Part shown: positions 32,509 to 42,891 of the stretch, piece by piece
How positions within the stretch are numbered: the stretch's first letter is position 1
How the letters are laid out: each line of letters begins with the position of its first letter
Assembly (NCBI GenBank): GCA_963705305.1
Contig: OY970067.1
Span: 352,001 to 416,000, forward strand
Source: an uncultured Methylomirabilota bacterium
GTDB lineage: Bacteria; Methylomirabilota; Methylomirabilia; Methylomirabilales; 2-02-FULL-66-22
Length of the DNA stretch: 64,000 nt
Direction of reading: 5' to 3'
Notes under the pieces: generated by a model
Told to the model about the DNA's origin: nothing
The model's input: the letters and a program-made list of their open reading frames with translations, nothing else
Database searches by the model: none
Made by a program: the position numbers and the translations under genes

Positions 32509-33444
32509 ATGTCGAACAAGCTTTCAGCGGGCAAGGCGCAGGTAGGAGCAGACAGTCTCGCGCTCGGCGTCTGGGCGCGCCGGGTGGCCGGGCTGGCCGT
32601 CCAGCTCTGGTTTGCGGCCGCCCTGATCGTGCCTTGTGCGCGGGCAGCCGCACCGGAGCAGATCCACTTTCCTTCCTTGGACGACCGGCCCCCCCTGCTC
32701 GACGGTTACCTGGTCCGGCCGGAAGGGGAAGGCGGGCATCCCGCGCTGGTCTTTCTCCACGGCTGCGGCGGATTGCTGACCAGGAAGGGCGCGCTCGAGG
32801 CTCGCCAGGCTGACTGGGCCGCGCGGCTGGCGGCCCGGGGCTACGTGGTTTTGATGGTGGACAGTTTCGGTGCGCGCGGCCAGGGCGAGATGTGCTCCCA
32901 GGGTGGTTACCGATCGTCCGTGTATCTGGAGCGGCCGAAGGACGCCTACGCCGCTTTGCGGTATCTACAGGGACAGGCGTTCGTGCGTCCGGACCGCATC
33001 GGACTGATCGGCTGGTCGCAGGGAGGCGGGACAGTACTCTTGGCGATTCGGACGGCCAGCCTGGGGCGCCCCGCCGAGCTGCCGAACGGGGATTTCCGCG
33101 CCGCCGTCGCCTTCTATCCGGCCTCATGCCGAGATGCATCCCACAAGACGGCCTGGACGAGCACGATTCCCCTGCTCGTGCTGGTGGGGGAAGAGGACAA
33201 CTGGACGCCCGCGGGTCCGTGCAAGACGTTCGTCGACGGGGCGGTGGCGCGCGGCGCGGCGATCGAGATGCAGATCTACCCGGGCGCCTACCACGATTTC
33301 GACTGGCCGAATCTCCCACGGCACGAAATCGCGGCATATCGGACGCACTCCGGCGTCGTGCCGATCACCGGGATGGATCCGGCGGCGCGCGCGGACGCCC
33401 TCGAGCGGGTGCCGGAATTCCTTGGGCGCCACCTTCAGAACTGA
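32509..33444 (+). CDS. Dienelactone-hydrolase family alpha/beta hydrolase
   Basis: LHGCGG, GWSQGG nucleophile elbow, YPGAYHDFD. Confidence 0.9.
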   Translation: MSNKLSAGKAQVGADSLALGVWARRVAGLAVQLWFAAALIVPCARAAAPEQIHFPSLDDRPPLLDGYLVRPEGEGGHPALVFLHGCGGLLTRKGALEARQADWAARLAARGYVVLMVDSFGARGQGEMCSQGGYRSSVYLERPKDAYAALRYLQGQAFVRPDRIGLIGWSQGGGTVLLAIRTASLGRPAELPNGDFRAAVAFYPASCRDASHKTAWTSTIPLLVLVGEEDNWTPAGPCKTFVDGAVARGAAIEMQIYPGAYHDFDWPNLPRHEIAAYRTHSGVVPITGMDPAARADALERVPEFLGRHLQN

Positions 33445-33592
33445 CCCCTGGAGCGGGTGTCGGATTTCCCCACGCCGGGGACCGTGGACCCGAAGAGCGC
33501 CGACACCGGAACCCGCCGGGACCGCTCCGGTGATTTCTTGGCATGGAACATGGAATTGGCGGCCTGGCGCAGACGCCACGAGCGTGAGGGGT

Positions 33593-34495
33593 ATGGCGAT
33601 CAGCAGTCGGACCAAGGGGATTGCGCTCGTTCTGTCGGCGTCCGCCCTCTGGGCGGCGACCGGCCCACTGACCAAGATTCTTCGGCTACACGGGTTCGGG
33701 CTGGCGGACATTCTCTCCTGGCGCTACCCCATCGGCCTCGTCTGTCTGGTGACCTGCTCTCGGCTGTTGCCGAAACCTCCGGCTCTTCGCATTGACGCAA
33801 AGCGATTCTCCGCCGCGCTCGTGCTGGCACTCAGCATCCTTGGGGTCAACGCGGCCTTCACCTGGAGCAACTTCTTCACGACCGTGGCCAATGCCCAGGC
33901 GCTCATCTTCACCGCGCCGCTCTTCGCCTCGCTCTTGGCGTGGCTGCTGCTCCGCGAGACCATCCGCGCCACTCACCTGTTGGCGATCGCCATCGGCTTC
34001 ACCGGGGTCTGCATCTTGGCATTCGGCTCGTACCTCGGCAAGGCAGGGCCGCCTACCCCGCTCTCTCCAAACCTCCCCCTGGGCAACGCCCTCGCGTTGA
34101 TCGGCGGGCTGCTGTACGGCTGGTACTTCGTCATCGCGCGAAAAGTGGCACAACGCGATGCGGCCGTGCTGACGAGCACCATCTGGCAATTCTTGATTCT
34201 CTCCGTCCTGCTGTCTCCCCTTATGGTCCACACATTTTCCCAAAGCATTGACGGGCGCGGCTATGTGACCCTCGCGATCTACGGCACGCTGTGCACGGCG
34301 GGACCGATTCTCCTCCTCAACCTCGCGGGCCTCTTCCTCCAGGCGCACGAAACGAGCCTGCTGGCGCTCTCCCAGGTGCCGTTTACCATCTTTGCCGGCA
34401 TGATCCTCGTCGAAGAATTTCCTCCCCTCATCACCTGGATCGGTGCGGGGCTCATCGTGGCGGCCGGCTTCCTGGGGGCACGCAAGCGCACGTGA
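33593..34495 (+). CDS. DMT/EamA family transporter
   Basis: Ten-TM pattern, FTAPLFASLLAWLLLRE. Confidence 0.88.
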   Translation: MAISSRTKGIALVLSASALWAATGPLTKILRLHGFGLADILSWRYPIGLVCLVTCSRLLPKPPALRIDAKRFSAALVLALSILGVNAAFTWSNFFTTVANAQALIFTAPLFASLLAWLLLRETIRATHLLAIAIGFTGVCILAFGSYLGKAGPPTPLSPNLPLGNALALIGGLLYGWYFVIARKVAQRDAAVLTSTIWQFLILSVLLSPLMVHTFSQSIDGRGYVTLAIYGTLCTAGPILLLNLAGLFLQAHETSLLALSQVPFTIFAGMILVEEFPPLITWIGAGLIVAAGFLGARKRT

Positions 34496-34735
34496 GGCGG
34501 CAGCCAAGCAATGGAAGGAGCTCTGTGGTCGAGAGCGTGAGCCGGGAACTGTCAACAATTCCTGATGGGGCTTCGGGAGTTCCGGGCCGCCCGCCCGGGC
34601 GACCCCGCACCGGTTTTCCCGTTCCATTGGGGACTCCGAAAGGTCTTCGTCAAGGCATTGGCAGCTCGGAGCATGTCATCCTTGGCGACCTTGGCATAGA
34701 TCCTGGGGTCTGATGCTCGCACGCCCGAGCTGCTG

Positions 34736-36676
34736 CTAGCGCAGCTTGCCTATCTTTTCAAGATCATCCGCCACGCTGTCCAGCCCGAGATCAACCAAGG
34801 TCTTTCGTCTTGGGTAGCTGGTTTCGCGATCCCATCCGTGAAGATCATAGTACTCATCAAGCATCGCGTCATATTTCGCTCTGTCAATTCTCCAGCCTTT
34901 GAGGGTCCCGGATGGAATCGGCTCAGCTAGATCCCTAGCCGTCGGCATATCGTCCTTGCGGTCAAAGCTGGTGAATCGCAAATTGAGCGCCTTTTCCAGA
35001 TTGAGCTGCTTCATGGCGTGTCGCCGCAGATCCTCGGCCGACGTGTCCCAGCCAGTGGCCGCCGAATACAGATCCGCCATCTGCGGGAGGTCCGTCTGGT
35101 CAATGTCCAGGCAGGTCGTGGTGTAGAGACATATCCCAAGGCAGTTTGCCATTCGGGACACGGCCTCCATATACGTAACCATCGTGGCCTTCCCATCGTA
35201 TTCCAGCGGCCTGTCCAGGCCGGCGGCGCCATACACGAGGTGCGCCTTTTCGGAATTCAGATCCGGGACCGTTTCAATCACGAGCGCCCCGGTGGTATGC
35301 GTGCCGCCTCGAGTGGAGGTCGCGGTGCCGAGCAGCCAGCCATTCGATCCCCGGCACGGTTCATACAGGTCCTGCCCTTTGATATGCAGGGCGTAGTAGC
35401 CGCTATCGCGGCCAACGATGTCGGCGGCTCGTGCACAGCCTTCCGCCAGAACATCGCCGAACCCCTCCCGGTGGCAGATCTTCCGGATCAACTCCAAGAC
35501 AACGTCCGTATCGCCCCATTCGAGTCTCAGCCCATCCGTGTCTGCCTCGCGCAGGATCCCGCGTTGGTAACATTCCATCGCCCAGCCGATCGCCCCACCC
35601 GCGGCGTCCACATCGATGCCGAGCTGATTACAGTAGGCATTCGCTTTCAACATGAACGTGGGTTCCCGCATGGCCAGGCGGGTCTGAAGGGTCCCGAAAG
35701 CCTCCCATTGGTTACATTCCGTCTTGAGCCCGGCGTAGGGCCCCTCGGTGATGTCCAAATGACGGCCGCAGCCGATGACGCACCCGGGGGCACTCTGATT
35801 CCCCACTGTGTACCTGTCGAGCGTGGTCCGGGGGTCAATGGCGTGCAGCATCTCCTCGGGAAGGCAGCACTCCTGGAAGTTCTTGTAGTTGATGCCACAA
35901 ACCTCTTGCTTGCGCGCCAGCACAAATAGCGTTCCGTACCGGTGAAACTTCTCTCGGAGGCCTGCCTTTTCGAACATCTTCCGCACGCGGATGGTGGTCT
36001 CCATGAAGCGGGTCGGGTCTGCCACCCGGATCCCGCGGCTCCCCTTGGCTACGATGGCCTTGAGGTTCTTCGCCCCCATGACTGCACCTGTCCCGCAGCG
36101 TCCAAACGCTCGTCCCTTGTCCTGGATGATGCACGCCCCCCGGACCAAATGCTCCCCCGCCGGCCCGATGGACATGGCGTGCAGATTTGGATCCTGGAAT
36201 TCATTGCGAAGGATGTCCAGCGTCTCCCATGTGGTCTTTCCCCAGAGATGCGAGGCGTCTCGAACTTCGACCGCCTCATCCTGGATCCAGATATACACCG
36301 GCACCGGGGATCTCCCCTCGCACACGATGGAATCATAGCCAGCGCTCTTCAGTTCACCGCCGACGTAGCTGTCGCTGCAACTGGTGGCCCATCCACCCGT
36401 CATGGGCCCCAAGGTGCTGACGTTCATCTTGCAGGCACCAGGAGCCGGCGTCCCTACCAGGGCGCCCGCCCCGAAAACCAGTCGATTCGCGGGGTCATAC
36501 GGCGTGACCCAGGTCCGCAGTTCATCATACAGAATCTTGACCGCGATCCCGGAGGCTCCGATCCACTCGGGCACATATTTCCCGGTCGGCTCCGTCCGCA
36601 CTCGCCCGTTACTGAGATTGACGCGTAAGATCTTCCCGCCATACGCCCGCGGGATTACTTCGGCTGCGTGTTGCAT
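34736..36676 (-). CDS. Aldehyde:ferredoxin oxidoreductase (W/Mo AOR family)
   Basis: GKILRVNLS, SIGPAGE, GRCGTGAVMGAKNLKAI, EYYDLHGWD. Confidence 0.93.
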   Translation of the reverse strand: MQHAAEVIPRAYGGKILRVNLSNGRVRTEPTGKYVPEWIGASGIAVKILYDELRTWVTPYDPANRLVFGAGALVGTPAPGACKMNVSTLGPMTGGWATSCSDSYVGGELKSAGYDSIVCEGRSPVPVYIWIQDEAVEVRDASHLWGKTTWETLDILRNEFQDPNLHAMSIGPAGEHLVRGACIIQDKGRAFGRCGTGAVMGAKNLKAIVAKGSRGIRVADPTRFMETTIRVRKMFEKAGLREKFHRYGTLFVLARKQEVCGINYKNFQECCLPEEMLHAIDPRTTLDRYTVGNQSAPGCVIGCGRHLDITEGPYAGLKTECNQWEAFGTLQTRLAMREPTFMLKANAYCNQLGIDVDAAGGAIGWAMECYQRGILREADTDGLRLEWGDTDVVLELIRKICHREGFGDVLAEGCARAADIVGRDSGYYALHIKGQDLYEPCRGSNGWLLGTATSTRGGTHTTGALVIETVPDLNSEKAHLVYGAAGLDRPLEYDGKATMVTYMEAVSRMANCLGICLYTTTCLDIDQTDLPQMADLYSAATGWDTSAEDLRRHAMKQLNLEKALNLRFTSFDRKDDMPTARDLAEPIPSGTLKGWRIDRAKYDAMLDEYYDLHGWDRETSYPRRKTLVDLGLDSVADDLEKIGKLR

Positions 36677-36708
36677 GGGCCGTCCTCACGCCAAGAGTGA
36701 TGCACATC

Positions 36709-37002
36709 TCATCGACCGGGGGCACAGCGAAACTCATCAAGAATCGCCTTCAGTTCGTCCCTCTTGCAGCAAAACTCCAGACAGAGGGGCTCCAGCAGAT
36801 CCGGGCACCCATCGCAAGGAATCCCTGGGATCCCCTGCGCCTCGCCCTCCCGGACGAGCCACACCCGGAAAGGGGCCGCGCCCTCCACATTAAGGATCTT
36901 AATGCTGGAGACGGATGGATTGAACTCCTGAATGTGATGGAAGGAGCAGGCCATCTCACAGGTCCTGCAGCCGCCGCAGGCAGGCATATCGAAGGCCGGC
37001 AT
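36709..37002 (-). CDS. Small Fe-S protein (AOR partner)
   Basis: CGGCRTCEMACSFHH and CDGC...CLEFC; GAGGAG RBS. Confidence 0.8.
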   Translation of the reverse strand: MPAFDMPACGGCRTCEMACSFHHIQEFNPSVSSIKILNVEGAAPFRVWLVREGEAQGIPGIPCDGCPDLLEPLCLEFCCKRDELKAILDEFRCAPGR

Positions 37003-37056
37003 CGTGCTCCTCGCTGGCGAGGCACCTCGCGGTATCCGAATACGTGTAAACTCCAA

Positions 37057-37788
37057 TCACGCCTGCGGCGGGGGGGCAGCCAGTGCGAGCCGCCCGACAT
37101 ATTCGAGGTGCCGCCGCATGCTGAACCGGGCCCCTTCGGGGTCGCGGCTCGCGATGGCCTCGAAGGTCTGACGGTGAGCCCGCAGGCCCGCCGCAATGGA
37201 GGCCGGCGCGTTTGAGACCGCCGCGGCAATGACTCGTCGAAGGAGATCCAGGATCGAAGTCAACATGTTGAGCATGACCTCGTTGCCGGCCGCCCGCCAC
37301 ACCGCGAGGTGAAACTGCGGATCGATCTTCACGTACTCCTCCGGCTGATGGCAGACGGTTTCCATGCGGAGGAGCTCCCTTTCGATCGCCAGAATATCCT
37401 CCTCCGTCGCGCGCTGGGCTGCCATGGCGGCCAGTTCGCTCTCCATGCAGCGACGAGCTTCGGCAAGCGCCGCGATCTTGGACTGGTCGAGCAGGGCGCT
37501 CCAGCTCAGGGGCTTCAGGAAGAAGCCCGAGGTGTCTTCCCGGACAAAGGTCCCGCGCCCATGCCTGATTTCCACGATCCCCACCAGCTCCAACGCCATG
37601 AGGGCCTCGCGCACCGAGGTCCTCCCCACCGCGAACTGTTGTGCAAGGGCCTCGATCGACGGCATGCGGTCTCCCGGCTTGAGCCGCCCCCCGACGACCG
37701 ATGCAATGATCCGGTCGATAACGAGGCTGCTGCGTTTCCGCCGCTCCGCCCCGACATGCCCTGGGACCTCTGCCGCTCTTCTCCGCAC
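37057..37788 (-). CDS. FadR/GntR family regulator
   Basis: LKPGDRMPS..FAVGRTSVREAL..GRGTFV plus FCD domain (DPQFH, MRRHL); start approximate. Confidence 0.92.
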   Translation of the reverse strand: MRRRAAEVPGHVGAERRKRSSLVIDRIIASVVGGRLKPGDRMPSIEALAQQFAVGRTSVREALMALELVGIVEIRHGRGTFVREDTSGFFLKPLSWSALLDQSKIAALAEARRCMESELAAMAAQRATEEDILAIERELLRMETVCHQPEEYVKIDPQFHLAVWRAAGNEVMLNMLTSILDLLRRVIAAAVSNAPASIAAGLRAHRQTFEAIASRDPEGARFSMRRHLEYVGRLALAAPPPQA

Positions 37789-37929
37789 GCCGCGCGATCC
37801 TTTATGGTTAAAGAGAGCAGATGACTTTGACCGAATGTTCCTGGCATTCGAAAGCTTTGTCAAGCAGATTTAGGACCATCGAGTACTTGTATGGCGGAAT
37901 TTACAAGCATTATAGGCTCATGGCGACTC

Positions 37930-37981
37930 TTGACGCCAGACTTGGAAGTGATATAGTGCATCATTCACTCATCTGCTGAGT
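37930..37981 (+). promoter_or_regulatory. Sigma70-type promoter with downstream palindrome
   Basis: TTGACG-N16-TATAGT, then ACTCATCTGCTGAGT; inverted half AGCAGATGA near 37816. Confidence 0.6.
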
Positions 37982-38005
37982 GTGTCAAGATCAGGAGCCG
38001 TCGCT

Positions 38006-38980
38006 GTGAACGCGAGACCTGCTTCGGGCGCGCTGGCAGGCGCCCGGCCCGGCCGGTCGGTCTTTCAGGAGAGCCAGGCGATCGTCATCTGGCTCGTCGT
38101 GCTGCTGCTCGTCGTCGTCGCCTCCGTCTTGTCGCCCGCGTTCCTTCGCACTCGCAATCTGCTCAACGTCCTGCGGCAGGCGTCCACCCTTGGGGTCATC
38201 TCGGTCGGGCAAACAATGGTCGTGCTGTCCGGCGGCGCGGATCTGTCCCAGGCGACGGTAATGACACTCAGCGCCGTGGTGGCGTTCAAGTACCTCGGAG
38301 GCAACAACGCGCTGATCGTGCCGGTCATCCTCCTCTGTCTCACCCTCGGCGGACTCATCGGCGCGGGCAACGGGGTCATGGTCAGCAAGGTCAAAGTCCC
38401 GCCGTTCATCATGACCCTTGGGACGCGCACCATAGTCTTCGGCCTGGCCCTGATGTTCACGAAAGGGGCCCCGCAGGGCGACACGACGCCACTCTTCCGC
38501 GCGGTGCTCGGCGAAACCTATGTGCTCGGCATTCCAGGCCAGGTACTGATCTGGGCCGCCGTTGCCCTCCTGGGGTGGCTGGTGCTCATGCGGACCGTCT
38601 TCGGCCGGAAGCTCTACGCCGTGGGGGGCAATGCCCGGGCGGCACGCCTTGCGGGGGTGCAAGTCGACCGAGTGCTGATTCTCGCCTACGTGCTCTCAGG
38701 CGTGCTGGCTGCGCTGGGCGGATTGGTCCTGGGCGCCCGGTCGGGAAATGCAGACAACGTGATGGGCAACGGCTACGAATTGAACGCCATTGCGGCCGTC
38801 GTCATCGGGGGCACCTCCTTTGCCGGAGGGCAGGGCGGCGTCACGGGAACGGTCGGGGGTGTGCTCATGATGACCGTGTTGCAGAACCTGCTGAACATCC
38901 TGGGCGTGAGCCCCTACGCGTACCTCATCGCCATGGGGATTGTCATTATCGCCGCAGTGGCGTCTATCAAGCAGAAGTAA
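38006..38980 (+). CDS. Sugar ABC transporter permease (RbsC-like)
   Basis: GGADLS, VPPFIMTLG, YELNAIAAVVIGGTS. Confidence 0.93.
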   Translation: MNARPASGALAGARPGRSVFQESQAIVIWLVVLLLVVVASVLSPAFLRTRNLLNVLRQASTLGVISVGQTMVVLSGGADLSQATVMTLSAVVAFKYLGGNNALIVPVILLCLTLGGLIGAGNGVMVSKVKVPPFIMTLGTRTIVFGLALMFTKGAPQGDTTPLFRAVLGETYVLGIPGQVLIWAAVALLGWLVLMRTVFGRKLYAVGGNARAARLAGVQVDRVLILAYVLSGVLAALGGLVLGARSGNADNVMGNGYELNAIAAVVIGGTSFAGGQGGVTGTVGGVLMMTVLQNLLNILGVSPYAYLIAMGIVIIAAVASIKQK

Positions 38981-39087
38981 CCCTGCGACAGTCTCGAAAG
39001 AGGGTGGCGTTCCGCCGCACCCGGTAGGTTGGCACCCCAGTTCGGATGTGATCCCGGCGGCGTGCTTGGCACGCGAGAGGAGGAGCG

Positions 39088-40197
39088 ATGCGACTCATCG
39101 GGCGTCAGTTCAGGGTAGTCTCAGCGGGTATATCGATCGGCACGCTGGCTTGTCTTTTGGCCGTGGCTCCGATCCCGGCCGCGGCGGCCGGCGGCGGCCA
39201 ACTCGTGAAGATCCCCGACGTCTACCGCTGGCCCGCCGGCACGAATCCCCAGATGGTGGAGACGGCCAAATACAAGAAGCCCGGTCCCTACAAGATCGGC
39301 TTCTCAAACTGCTCTACCACCAATGCGTGGGCCGTCCTCTTCTGGGAGACCGCGAAATGGGAGGTGGCCAAGCATTCGCAGCAGATTTCCCAGTTCTACA
39401 CGACCGATGCCGGGGATAGCGCTGCCAAGCAGCTGTCGGATGTGGAGGACCTCATTGCCAAGGGTATAGATGCTCTGATCATCCGGCCCTGCACGCTCGA
39501 CGCGGCGGTCCCCGCTATCGAGAAGGCAATGAGTAAGAATATCCCGGTCATCGTATCGAATCGCGACACCAAAGCGACGCAGTACGTGACGCAGAACACG
39601 ACACCGGCCGTCGACATCGGGCGGAACCAGGGCCTCTGGCTGGCGAAGCAGCTGAACGGGAAGGGTAAGATCATCTCCATCGAGGGGCCTGCGGGGAGCG
39701 GCCCGCAGGTCGAGCGCTTCCAGGGTGCGGAGGAGGTTCTGTCCAAGTACAAGGGGATCGAGATCCTGGCGCGCAAGCCGACAAACTGGTCTCGCTCCGA
39801 GGCGAAGACCGCCATGGAGGACTACCTTCAGTCCTTCAAGAAGATCGATGGCATCCTGAGCCAGGCCGGCATGATGTCCATGGGAATCGTGGAGGCCCTG
39901 GACGAGGCCGGCATCAAGCCCACCAGCGTGCCCATTACGGGCGACGACTACAACGGGTGGATGAAGTGGATTGCCAAGAACAAGGCGGGCATGGTTTCCA
40001 CCAACCCGACCTACTGCAGCGGCGCGTCGATCGTCGCCGCCCTGATGATCTTAAACGGACAGCCGGTGCCGAAGCGGTGGGATATTCCCAGCCAGATGTA
40101 CGATGCAAGCACTATCGGCAAGATTGTCGTCCCGGACCGCTCGGACGAGTGGTACCCGAGCATCCTGCCAGCCAGCTGGAAGATCGAAGGACGCTAG
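39088..40197 (+). CDS. Sugar ABC transporter substrate-binding protein
   Basis: Signal peptide, KQLSDVEDLIAKGIDALII, class I PBP pattern. Confidence 0.92.
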   Translation: MRLIGRQFRVVSAGISIGTLACLLAVAPIPAAAAGGGQLVKIPDVYRWPAGTNPQMVETAKYKKPGPYKIGFSNCSTTNAWAVLFWETAKWEVAKHSQQISQFYTTDAGDSAAKQLSDVEDLIAKGIDALIIRPCTLDAAVPAIEKAMSKNIPVIVSNRDTKATQYVTQNTTPAVDIGRNQGLWLAKQLNGKGKIISIEGPAGSGPQVERFQGAEEVLSKYKGIEILARKPTNWSRSEAKTAMEDYLQSFKKIDGILSQAGMMSMGIVEALDEAGIKPTSVPITGDDYNGWMKWIAKNKAGMVSTNPTYCSGASIVAALMILNGQPVPKRWDIPSQMYDASTIGKIVVPDRSDEWYPSILPASWKIEGR

Positions 40198-40274
40198 GCG
40201 CCTGGGCGGGTGAGCGGACTGCCCGCTCACCCGCCCATCTCAGCGGGGACGGAAGGAATCTGCGAAGGGCAGGA

Positions 40275-41261
40275 ATGCCTCAGATGGTAGATGGGCAGGC
40301 AGAGCACGTACGGCTGAGAGGGACCGCAGAGCGGGTTGCTGCCCTGGCTGGACAGCACACGGTGTGGCTCGTGCTCGCCCTCCTCGGGATCGTGGGCGGG
40401 CTCTTTGCGCCCGAGTTCCTCAGCCTTGTCAACATCTTCAACGTCCTGCGCCAAGCCACCGCGCTCGCGTTCGTGAGCGTTGGGCAGACGTTCGCCATCA
40501 TCGCGGACTGTATCGATCTCTCAGTCGGGGCAATGATCAGCCTGACCGCCTGCCTGGCGGCCGGGACCATGGATGGACGCACCGCGGGCATCCTGCCCGC
40601 TTTGGGCGTGGTCGCCGCCGCCGTGAGTGCCGTGGGCCTGCTGAACGGATTCGCCGTGGCCCAGCGGAGGGGTAATCCGTTCATCGTCACGCTTGGCAGC
40701 ATGGCGGTGATCAACGGGGTCGTTTTGCTCTACACCAAGGAGCAGCATGTGGGGTCTGTTCCAGGCGGCTTCCGGGTCTTCGCGGAAGGCCACCTGGGGG
40801 CGATGCCCGTGCCCGTGCTGCTCGCGGCGGCCGTTTTCCTTGCCGCGCACTTCGCGCTGCGTCGCACCCGGTACGGGCGCTACGCCCTGGCCGTGGGCGG
40901 GAACGAGGAGGTGGCCCGGCTTTCCGGCATCGCCACACGGCGCATCAAGACGCTCACCTATCTGGTATCCGCGTCCGGCGCCGCTGTCACGGGGCTCTTC
41001 CTTGCCGCGCGCATGAACGTGGGGGACCCGCTGGTCGGCGTCGGCTTCGACCTGGATGCCATCTCGGCCGTCGTGATCGGGGGAACCGACATCATGGGGG
41101 GCCGAGGCAGCATCGGCGGAACCCTGGGAGGCGTCCTGCTCTACGCGGTGCTCAGCAACTTGATGAACCTGCTGAATATCCTTCCGTTCTCCCAGATCGT
41201 GATCAAGGGCGCCATCATCGTGCTCGCCATCAGCGTCTACCAGGTGCGGCGGTCCCGGTAG
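40275..41261 (+). CDS. Sugar ABC transporter permease
   Basis: IDLSVG, NPFIVTLG, FDLDAISAVVIGGT. Confidence 0.93.
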   Translation: MPQMVDGQAEHVRLRGTAERVAALAGQHTVWLVLALLGIVGGLFAPEFLSLVNIFNVLRQATALAFVSVGQTFAIIADCIDLSVGAMISLTACLAAGTMDGRTAGILPALGVVAAAVSAVGLLNGFAVAQRRGNPFIVTLGSMAVINGVVLLYTKEQHVGSVPGGFRVFAEGHLGAMPVPVLLAAAVFLAAHFALRRTRYGRYALAVGGNEEVARLSGIATRRIKTLTYLVSASGAAVTGLFLAARMNVGDPLVGVGFDLDAISAVVIGGTDIMGGRGSIGGTLGGVLLYAVLSNLMNLLNILPFSQIVIKGAIIVLAISVYQVRRSR

Positions 41262-41277
41262 GGAGGAGCGACTTCGC

Positions 41278-42822
41278 ATGGTGGATCAGGCCGTGTCGGG
41301 CATGGATGTCATGCTGCAGATGGAGGGCATCACCAAACGCTTCCCTGGGGTGGCCGCGCTCGACGGCGTCTCGCTTCACTGCCGCGCTGGCGAAGTGCTG
41401 GCGCTGGTAGGCGAGAACGGAGCGGGCAAGTCTACCCTCATGAAGGTCCTCTCCGGCGTCTACCAACCCGACGCTGGACAGATCGTCTTCCGGGGCCGCC
41501 CCGTGCAAATCTCCAGTCCACGGCAAGCGCAACATATCGGCATTGCGATCATCATGCAGGAACTGAACCTCCTGCCCTACCTCACCGTAGAGGAGAACAT
41601 CTGGCTCGGCCGCGAGCCGATGAGCCGTCTCGGGGTGATCGACGGCCGGGCTCTCCGCGCACGGTCCCAAGAGCTGCTCGAGAGCCTGCACGTCCGCCTG
41701 CAACCGGCGGAATTGATCGCGGACCTGACGGTGGCCCAGCGCCAGTTCGTCGAGATCGCGAAAGCCCTTTCCTTGCACGCCGACCTCGTCATCATGGACG
41801 AGCCGTCGTCCAGCCTGACGGAGCACGAACTGCAGTACCTGTTCCGCGTCATCCGCGACCTGAAGCGGCGGGGGGTCGCCGTGATATATATCTCTCATCG
41901 GCTGAACGAGGTTTTCGAGATCGCCGACCGGGTGACGGTGCTCAAGGACGGGAGGCTGGTGGGTAGCCGCCGGATCTCGGAGGTCACGCGGAGCGACCTC
42001 GTCCAGATGATGGTTGGTCGAAGCCTCGCCGAGACGTTCCCGCCGCACACCGCACACTGCCATGCGCCGGTGTTGAAAGTGCGTGGCCTTGGGTGGCGGG
42101 GCGTGCTCCGCGACGTCAGCCTGGAGGTACACGCAGGCGAGATTGTCGGCCTCGCCGGACTGGTTGGTGCAGGCCGCACGGAGCTCGCGCACGCGGTCTT
42201 CGGCGCCGATCCGATCGACGCAGGAACGATCGAGCTGGAGGGCAAGCCGCTGCGGATCCGGAGCCCCCACGACGCCGTCCGGGCCGGAATCGTTCTGGTT
42301 CCCGAGGACCGGAAGTTGGAGGGGCTGATCCAGCTAATCTCCATTCGGAAAAATATCGGGCTGCCCAACCTCGACCTCTTTCGACGGTGGGGCTTCGTGC
42401 GGCGCACCCGGGAACTGGCAACAGCCAGACACTGGTTGAGCCAGCTCTCCATCCGCGCTAGCAGCGTCGATCAGCCGGTCTTCAGCCTGAGCGGTGGCAC
42501 CCAGCAGAAGGTCGTACTTGCGAAGTGGCTGGTGCGGGACCCCAGGTTGATCATCCTTGACGAGCCCACGCGGGGTGTCGACGTGGGGGCCAAGGCAGAG
42601 ATCTACCGCATCATGCGGCAGCTCGCCGACGGGGGCGCCGCGATCCTGATGATCTCCTCGGAGCTCCCCGAGATCCTCGGGATGGCCGATCGCATTCTCG
42701 TCATGCACGAGGGCCGGTTGACAGCGGAATTGGATGGGGCGGCCGCGACCGAGGAGGCCATCATGGCCGCCGCGACCGGCAGCCTTGCCGCCGACGGCGA
42801 AGCCGCCAGGCCGTACACCTAG
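41278..42822 (+). CDS. Sugar ABC transporter ATP-binding protein (RbsA-like, two NBDs)
   Basis: GENGAGKST, LSGGTQQKV, DEPTRGVDVGAK. Confidence 0.95.
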   Translation: MVDQAVSGMDVMLQMEGITKRFPGVAALDGVSLHCRAGEVLALVGENGAGKSTLMKVLSGVYQPDAGQIVFRGRPVQISSPRQAQHIGIAIIMQELNLLPYLTVEENIWLGREPMSRLGVIDGRALRARSQELLESLHVRLQPAELIADLTVAQRQFVEIAKALSLHADLVIMDEPSSSLTEHELQYLFRVIRDLKRRGVAVIYISHRLNEVFEIADRVTVLKDGRLVGSRRISEVTRSDLVQMMVGRSLAETFPPHTAHCHAPVLKVRGLGWRGVLRDVSLEVHAGEIVGLAGLVGAGRTELAHAVFGADPIDAGTIELEGKPLRIRSPHDAVRAGIVLVPEDRKLEGLIQLISIRKNIGLPNLDLFRRWGFVRRTRELATARHWLSQLSIRASSVDQPVFSLSGGTQQKVVLAKWLVRDPRLIILDEPTRGVDVGAKAEIYRIMRQLADGGAAILMISSELPEILGMADRILVMHEGRLTAELDGAAATEEAIMAAATGSLAADGEAARPYT

Positions 42823-42891
42823 TGGCGTGGGCTCCAGAGGCTCGCGCACCAATTATTCATCCGGGCCACGCTGACAGGAAAGGATACTGCG